The translations under genes and the position numbers were made by a program. The notes beneath the pieces were generated by a model. That model was not told the DNA's origin, searched no databases, and saw nothing but the letters and a program-made list of their open reading frames with translations. A stretch of 63,837 bases of DNA, the filler included, from Olpidium bornovanus S191 (Eukaryota; Fungi; Olpidiomycota), in assembly GCA_017911155.1 (NCBI GenBank). It is 28 parts of 28 records of this genome, joined end to end, with 100 filler letters (N's around TTAATTAATTAA, not from the genome) between each part and the next. Parts side by side here need not be neighbours in the genome. Positions count along the whole stretch, not along the records: positions 61,056 to 62,595 come from JAEFCI010004985.1; positions 62,696 to 63,837 come from JAEFCI010004383.1; 26 more parts are not named here. The stretch is one strand, 5' to 3'. Positions 61,056 through 63,837 of the stretch are shown here, piece after piece (within the stretch, counting starts at the first letter, position 1; the number at the start of each line of letters is the position of its first letter).

Positions 61056-61362
61056 ACATGACCGCGGACGTGCTGACCAAGGCGTTAGGGCGAACCACCC
61101 ACGAAAAGCACGCGGTGGGCCTTGGTCTGGTAACGTAGAAGAGACGACCGGGGAGAGTGCACCGTTTGCACTGTTGAGGAAAGGACGATTACCCTTACAG
61201 CGCAGGGAAGTGTTAGGTGTGCACGCTTCGTAGAAGCATTCGATATCACGTGATCGTCGTCGCTTCGAAGTACCCTTCATAGAGCCCTTCGACGCCGTCC
61301 GAAAACCTTCCTTCCTCGCTCCGCTCCGCGCAAAACAAACCACGGCGCTTTAAAACTTAACA
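61056..61362 (+). mobile_element. Ty1/copia 3' end: RNase H tail, purine tract, ~190-bp candidate LTR
   Basis: MTADVLTKALGRTTHEKHAVGLGL*, then AGAAGAGACGACCGGGGAGAG, then TGTTGA (61172)…TTAACA (61362). Confidence 0.75.
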
Positions 61363-62196
61363 GCCTTCGGTATTGTATATACTGCAGAAGTTTGTCTCGG
61401 GTGATCTGCCGTTTGACTCGTGCTCTGGTAGCTGCTGGATCAGCTTCCTCCAGTGCAGCCTGCAGGTTGATATCTGCGGCCTCCCTGTCCTCCTCGCTAG
61501 GCTGTGGGTAACCTTCATCAAACTCTTCCCGGGGCCTGCGACCTTCCTCGTCCTCCTACCAAGCCTGAACACGTAATTCAACCGATTGATAATAAAAGAA
61601 AATACTTGAAACTCTTACTTTTTCGCAGTACAATGTGAGAATCGACCTGCGAAGGCTCTCTGAATTCCGTAAGTGTTTGGAGATGGAGACCTAGGAATGG
61701 ACAAGTTGAGGAGGAACATCCGGGCTGAGTGCCTGGCGTCTTTCATATGCATTGTGAATGCATTGCTTTTTGCCGAGTGCACATTACGCACCGAGTGTGC
61801 TTACCTGTGCTGCGTACAGGCCCACACCTTTTTTTCATCATTGCTGCGCGCAATGATCACTGGGCTGTGTGTGTTCCCTAGCTCTGGTTTTGGGTTTTTC
61901 CTTAATGCGCTTAGTTGTTACCATTGCCATGCATGGAGCTGAAGTCTCTTCCCAACGCCCGAGGAATGAGCACCAAAAGGAAGATCCCCGGCGAAGGGAG
62001 AAACCACGGAGCTCGCCTTTGAGCGAGGAGGAGTAACGTAATCATCAAACTGCTACTTTTGGGGGGAGGAGGCGGCGCAGTCCGGCTCTCCCTGCCACGC
62101 ACAAAACAAACAAGAAGTCTCCGGCAGCTCCATCGAGCTTCCCAGCCAACAAAAAAAAAAAAAGAGAATGAGGGGAGCGGTGAAAACTAAAAAAAA

Positions 62197-62267
62197 TGCG
62201 CCGTCCGAGACTCGAACTCGGTCCCATTGCTTGGAAGGCAACGATGATCCCCATTCACCAACGGCGC
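62197..62267 (-). tRNA. tRNA-Gly-TCC: tRNA-Gly(TCC)
   Basis: GCGCCGTTGGTGAATGGGGATCATCGTTGCCTTCCAAGCAATGGGACCCGAGTTCGAGTCTCGGACGGCGCA forms a cloverleaf and is followed directly by a T-run terminator. Confidence 0.92.
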
Positions 62268-62447
62268 GCGGGCCCTTCGGTTCGGCTGTGCGAAGAGCCG
62301 TTTCCGAAACAACTTTTTCCTTGGGCAGAAAAACGCAGCGGGAGCAATTGCTTCCTACCCCGCCCGGGGCGGAAGAACGCCTGCCGCTCTGTGTGTTCTT
62401 CGACCCCCGCCCCCCGCCCCCGGCTCCCCCTTCAGTTCCGGAAGAAC

Positions 62448-62486
<39 letters not shown>

Positions 62487-63537
62487 GGAAAAAAAAGAAA
62501 AAGAAAAAAAAAAAAAAGGGAAAAAAGAGAAAAAAAAAAAAAAAAAAAAGGAAAAAAAGAGAAAAAAAAAAAAAAAAAAGGGGGAAAAAAAAGAANNNNN
62601 NNNNNNNNNNNNNNNNNNNNNNNNNNNNNNNNNNNNNNNTTAATTAATTAANNNNNNNNNNNNNNNNNNNNNNNNNNNNNNNNNNNNNNNNNNNNATTCT
62701 GGCGGGTGTTTTTTGCGGGCCAACCTGTGTTGCGTGTTTTATGCGAGATAGAACAGTTGCAGAGCTAGGACCTGGCCCGGCTCATACGTTGAAGCAGGCA
62801 ACGAAAATTTCATGCGCGCGCTGACGTCGTGCTTGAGGCGTGCTAGAAGGCTCTTCCCGGTGTTTGGGTCACAGAAACGCAAGCAACTTCTGTCGGTTGT
62901 TGCGGAACGCGGTGCCGGCCGTCATACAAAAGGGCATAACACGCCCACTCCGGTGGCGTGTCGATGATGTCGACCCGAAAACCTGACCTCTCCGCCCCAC
63001 TTTTTTTTCGGTGGTTGAGGCGAAACGGAACCGCCGAACAGAAAAAAGAAAGAAAAAAAAAGGTTGGGGAGCCGGGAGAAGGGCTGATGGCGAAAAAGGT
63101 TGGGGAGACGGGAGAAGGGCTGACGGCGGCGGGGGTACCGAATTGGGCAGGGGATGGATCTGATAGCGGGGCAGCGGAAACAGGAAGCGGCGCCGCCGTT
63201 GTCTGCCTGGCTGTGGACCAAGGAACGCTTTAAGCCACACCCGCCCGACCACTCGAAAGTAGACGGCCCTGCCACCGCATCGACCAAACCCAAGTAGCCC
63301 CGAACGGCCGGACGGGGCGCGCTCCACGGGCCGCCGATACCGGCCGCCAACTTTCACAGCGGCATCGGCGGCGCACAGAGGAGCAGAAAGTCTGTTTTTC
63401 TCTCCCCGCATCGCTTTGCAGAAAAAAAAAACACCTCTTGGTCGTTCCGGAAAGATCAGCAGCCCGCCTAGCACCGCTGCGCGCGCACGCTGGGGGGGGG
63501 GGGGGGTTTGGGGGAGGGGGGGGGGGGGGGGGGGGCG

Positions 63538-63572
<35 letters not shown>

Positions 63573-63617
63573 AAGGATGGTTCACGCTTTTCGGGAGCGT
63601 TCACGGGCAGGGCTCCG

Positions 63618-63752
63618 TTGGGCTCATAACCTGTGGTTTTGGTTTTATTTTGGGTGTTCGGGCGGTGACTACTTTGAGGGCAGTGAGGGCTTGAGTACCA
63701 ACAATGCCGCAATGCCGCCATCCCGCCATGCAACGGCCACGAGATTCCAACA
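63618..63752 (-). mobile_element. ~121-bp LTR plus half-tRNA-type PBS
   Basis: Minus strand: TGTTGG (63752)…AATAAAACCAAAACCACA (63632)|GGTTATGAGCCCAA (63631-63618). Confidence 0.7.
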
Positions 63753-63837
63753 TTAGAGATTTCCCAACCAGATCCGACTGTCGAAGTTCCAAATATGAGG
63801 TTGCGTGTCAAGCTATAGCGGTTCTGCCTGTCGTGGG

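Larger units (their letters stand above)
3787..62695. other. Series of 27 artificial 100-nt contig linkers (N44-TTAATTAATTAA-N44); the window is a concatenation of about 28 contigs
   Basis: Identical linker at 3787-3886, 7215-7314, 9433-9532, 12016-12115 ... 62596-62695. TTAATTAATTAA puts stops in all six frames. Genes are cut at these joins. Confidence 0.98.

Noticed and set aside
1-63837. Treating neighbouring genes (SreA, CEP70-like, Atg1, CotH, GDH, etc.) as a cluster or system
   Set aside because: They are on separate contigs joined artificially, so no linkage can be inferred.

Overview
This is not one continuous locus. It is about 28 short (1-6.5 kb) contigs of a GC-rich, intron-containing fungal genome, joined by 27 artificial 100-nt linkers (44 N + TTAATTAATTAA + 44 N), so adjacency across linkers means nothing. 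Recognisable host genes, mostly cut at contig ends: an SreA/Fep1/Urbs1-type double-GATA iron regulator, a CEP70-like centrosomal protein, Atg1 kinase, two CotH paralogues, a large NAD-glutamate dehydrogenase, a G-patch protein, a Sel1-repeat fragment, Dus4, a USP deubiquitinase, RPL13, a carnitine acyltransferase, ureidoglycolate lyase, a DH-PH RhoGEF, tRNA-Arg(CCG) and tRNA-Gly(TCC). CotH together with a centrosomal protein suggests an early-diverging, probably zoosporic (Olpidium-like) fungus; this is inference. The rest is rich in decayed mobile DNA (Ty1/copia, Ty3/gypsy, DDE transposase, a poly(A) retroposon) and minisatellites. Most interesting signals: (i) copia-like elements with very short (about 105-120 bp) LTRs and a four-times-repeated 14-nt primer site matching the anticodon arm of initiator tRNA-Met, plus a nested solo LTR with a perfect 5-bp TSD; (ii) an orphan small secreted protein built from two Cys modules; (iii) an NAD-GDH with motifs unlike Dikarya Gdh2; (iv) a telomere-repeat double hairpin in a promoter; (v) strong CATG enrichment at contig ends. 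All protein identifications come from motif recognition, not database searches.
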